Assembly: GCA_000991245.1 (NCBI GenBank)
Contig: LBRD01000003.1
Coordinates: 6,734 to 70,733 of the forward strand
Reading direction: 5' to 3'
From: Parcubacteria group bacterium GW2011_GWC1_36_108
Lineage (GTDB): Bacteria > Patescibacteriota > Minisyncoccia > Moranbacterales > GWC2-37-73
DNA: 64,000 bases
Under the pieces are notes generated by a model that was not told the origin of the DNA, searched no databases, and saw only the letters and a list, made by a program, of their open reading frames with translations. How positions within the stretch are numbered: position 1 is the stretch's first letter; every line of letters begins with the position of its first letter. Positions 61,856 to 64,000 of this stretch are shown one piece after another. A program made the position numbers and the translations under genes.

Positions 61856-62440
61856 TTATTCCCACTTGCCTACCTTAAAAAATGAAAGTCTGAGGGTTTT
61901 ATCGATGCTATCCTCATTGAAAGTTATAATGTAATCAACTTCCACGTTGTTAGGAAAATTTTTCAATGCAAGATTTTCATTTATTGATTTATCCGTATGA
62001 ATCCAGCAATATTGGTAATTCTTTACAACAAGAAGCGCGGCATCTGTTTCTTGTAGTGTTTTAGGATTATCAAAAGCACTAGGCTGAATACCTCCAAATT
62101 TACTTACGCGAATATTTTTCCACTTGGATTTATTTTGCATATCACAAATAGAACTTGCTATGTTAAATGTCAACCCCTGTTTCTTTTTATGATCAACGAT
62201 AGAATTTACACTGTTGCCCCAAAGAAGATCAAAAAAATCCCCGAATTTATTAAGCAGCTCCGGATAATTTCTGCTTAAAAAATAGAAAAATTTAGCTTCC
62301 TCCATGATTTCATACACAAAACATTCCATCCTTTTCATTAACCTTATTCGCATTTTACCTTCCAAGATTATGCCTATTAGTTTTAAAAGAGCCTTTGCCA
62401 ATTTTTCCGAACATCCGTCCATGCGGTTCGTTGTTTCCAT
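61856..62440 (-). CDS. hypothetical protein
   Basis: AAGGAGGCACAAA-ATG strong SD. 194 aa, no recognised motif. Confidence 0.55.
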   Translation of the reverse strand: METTNRMDGCSEKLAKALLKLIGIILEGKMRIRLMKRMECFVYEIMEEAKFFYFLSRNYPELLNKFGDFFDLLWGNSVNSIVDHKKKQGLTFNIASSICDMQNKSKWKNIRVSKFGGIQPSAFDNPKTLQETDAALLVVKNYQYCWIHTDKSINENLALKNFPNNVEVDYIITFNEDSIDKTLRLSFFKVGKWE

Positions 62441-62558
62441 TTTGTGCCTCCTTGGGCAATGGGATTTTTACTTCTGAATACAAACTAGCATAGATACACA
62501 AAAAAACAACCCTCTTGAGTTGTTTTTCTAGAAAGCTAAGAAGCTAATGCCTAATAAG

Positions 62559-63251
62559 CTATTTTATCATTGTTCCCACAAATTTCTCCCCATCCAAATA
62601 TCTCTGAAAGTTGTTCATTTTTTTGCCGTTTAAAATTGCAACCTCAATCCCCTCTTTGGCTGCCATTTTGGAAGCGATTGGATCAAATGGAACATTGGAG
62701 CCTGGATCCCAAGTTTCGCCGACTATTTTTTGAAAATCATTCCAATTTATTTCTTTGATTCTTTTGGCATCTTTGTGTTTCTTTGGATCTTTGTCACAAA
62801 CGTAATCAATATTGGAAAGGTTGGCAATTTTTTTAACATCAAAATGCTTAGCCAGCAGCACTGCAATATAATCCGTGGAATTTCCAGGTTTATATCCAGC
62901 CGCAACCAAAACTGATTCTTTGGCTTTTAAAAAACTTTCCAAATCATATGGATTTTTGTTAATCGTCGGATGTGCATATTTCTTGAAAATAGTTCGGATG
63001 AAATGTGCATTCATTCTGGTGGCATGAATCCCAATCCAATCCTTGTCTTCATCATCAATATCGCCCACTTTTGCGCCAGCTTCAATATATTTTCTTGCAG
63101 TCTTCCCCCCGCCAGTAATGATAATAAAACGAAAACCTTTGACAATTCCATCCTCAATAACTTTTTTAAATTGCTTAACAAATTTCCAATCAATTTCTTC
63201 CGGTACAATTAATGAACCACCAAGTGAAATAACGATTGTTTTTTTGTTCAT
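62559..63251 (-). CDS. pyrH: amino-acid-kinase-fold UMP kinase (archaeal-type PyrH)
   Basis: VISLGGSL..., IIITGGGKTAR, 230 aa without the long bacterial PyrH N-terminus. Confidence 0.7.
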   Translation of the reverse strand: MNKKTIVISLGGSLIVPEEIDWKFVKQFKKVIEDGIVKGFRFIIITGGGKTARKYIEAGAKVGDIDDEDKDWIGIHATRMNAHFIRTIFKKYAHPTINKNPYDLESFLKAKESVLVAAGYKPGNSTDYIAVLLAKHFDVKKIANLSNIDYVCDKDPKKHKDAKRIKEINWNDFQKIVGETWDPGSNVPFDPIASKMAAKEGIEVAILNGKKMNNFQRYLDGEKFVGTMIK

Positions 63252-63347
63252 AAGGTATAGTTGTAAAGTTCATAAAGTTTGTAAGGTTCATAAAGTATTT
63301 TTGTAATTCCACTTTATAAACTTTTGACTTTATAACTTTATAAACTT
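63246..63347. repeat. palindromic 9-bp-period array with loop ATTTTTGTAATTCC
   Basis: Forward words 63246-63296, inverted words 63311-63347. Confidence 0.75.
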
Positions 63348-63352
63348 TTTTA

Positions 63353-63661
63353 TTATTTAATATGCTCGTCGGCTTTGGCTTTTGTTTCAGTAAGCTTGGC
63401 TAAAGTGTTTTCCATCTCTTCCTTGATCCCTAAAAACATTTCCAAGCCCTTTTGCAATTTCTCAATATCATTTTTATACTTAGCAATGATTTCTTCGTTT
63501 TTAACTGGGCTTCCCTCTTGCAGCTTTCTTTCTTTTTCCAAAAGTTCTTCTCCCAATTTCAAAAAATTCTCAATCTCCCCAATCTCCATTCCAATCTGAA
63601 TCAAATTAGTCCTCAAATGCTCCTCAATTTCCTCAAATGTTTTAACCCGTTTATTTTCCAT
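63353..63661 (-). CDS. coiled-coil hypothetical protein
   Basis: ATG at 63661 preferred over the track's TTG at 63676. Starts 1 nt after the upstream stop. Confidence 0.5.
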   Translation of the reverse strand: MENKRVKTFEEIEEHLRTNLIQIGMEIGEIENFLKLGEELLEKERKLQEGSPVKNEEIIAKYKNDIEKLQKGLEMFLGIKEEMENTLAKLTETKAKADEHIK

Positions 63662-63662
63662 A

Positions 63663-64000
63663 TTATTTTGTTCCAATTATTTGCATAAAATATTTCGTAC
63701 CGCCATTACCAAAGTCAAATGGCTCAATTGAATTTATTATTAAACCATTCTCTTTAAATGATTCATCGATTTCCTTCATTGAATGCTTATAAAAAGTGTT
63801 TCTTGTGAGTGGTGTTATAGGGGTATTTGCTTTTCCGATAATTTTTTTACCATTTTCTTCTATATTATCATACGATTTTATCCAGCCCTCATATTCATCG
63901 GGATTTACAGTAATAATCATAAACTTGCCTGCCGGTTTTAATATTCGTGCAAGTTCTTTTGCGGCTTGGTTAAGATTTTCTAAATGAAACCAAACATTAA
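63663..64000 (-). CDS. class I SAM-dependent methyltransferase (partial, N-terminus beyond window edge)
   Basis: The frame stays open upstream of the track's Met. It reads ...NVWFHLENLNQAAKELARILKPAGKFMIITVNP, typical of the post-II/III region. Confidence 0.6.
   Translation of the reverse strand, partial: NVWFHLENLNQAAKELARILKPAGKFMIITVNPDEYEGWIKSYDNIEENGKKIIGKANTPITPLTRNTFYKHSMKEIDESFKENGLIINSIEPFDFGNGGTKYFMQIIGTK

Noticed and set aside
61638-61934. 98-aa plus ORF
   Set aside because: It has a TTG/GTG-type start, no SD, overlaps the 3' end of 61856..62440 and crosses hairpin-rich sequence. I treat the region as a candidate RNA instead.
3207-63347. Periodic arrays considered as CRISPR
   Set aside because: The period is 9 bp with no unique spacers, the arrays are 20-130 bp long, and no cas genes are present. 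They are not CRISPR.

Overview
This is an AT-rich, gene-dense bacterial window with no rRNA, tRNA or CRISPR that I can support. Gene content is consistent with a small-genome Patescibacteria/CPR-like organism: four-helix-bundle '23S IVS' proteins, many glycosyltransferases and an archaeal-type UMP kinase. That placement is an inference, not a database result.

Gene content by region:
- About 4-37 kb is a large envelope-glycan cluster. It holds 6 GT4, 4 GT2 and 4 ArnT/PMT-like GT-C membrane transferases (one fused to a metallophosphoesterase). It also holds a Wzx-type flippase, an O-antigen-ligase-like protein, an LCP ligase and two nucleotide-sugar dehydrogenases.
- Housekeeping genes follow: fmt, def, gltX, an Rrf2-NifS-NifU operon, UMP kinase, RtcB and ThpR.

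Main finding (41.4-47.1 kb): an integron-like locus.
- A compact tyrosine recombinase is divergent from a series of unrelated ORFs.
- Each ORF is followed by a long folded site bounded by ...AAC and GTT...
- Each ORF is bracketed by its own pair of complementary ends. These ends share an invariant 2-nt mismatch at positions 10-11.
- The three cores share helices that show compensatory changes.
- The sites are much longer than classical attC, and the recombinase lacks the IntI-specific insertion. I therefore propose a non-canonical cassette system rather than a classical integron.

Repeats: the window is also saturated with small repeat families.
- GTCAT...ATGAC hairpin MITE-like elements (6 copies).
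- A 133-bp TIR element (3 copies).
- Mosaic 50-100-bp repeats placed just after gene ends.
- 9-bp-period AT-rich arrays, often palindromic. Both four-helix-bundle genes sit inside inverted arrays.
- Repeat insertions that stay in frame inside coding sequences.

All functional calls come from motif recognition by eye. Coordinates of non-track features were counted by hand.
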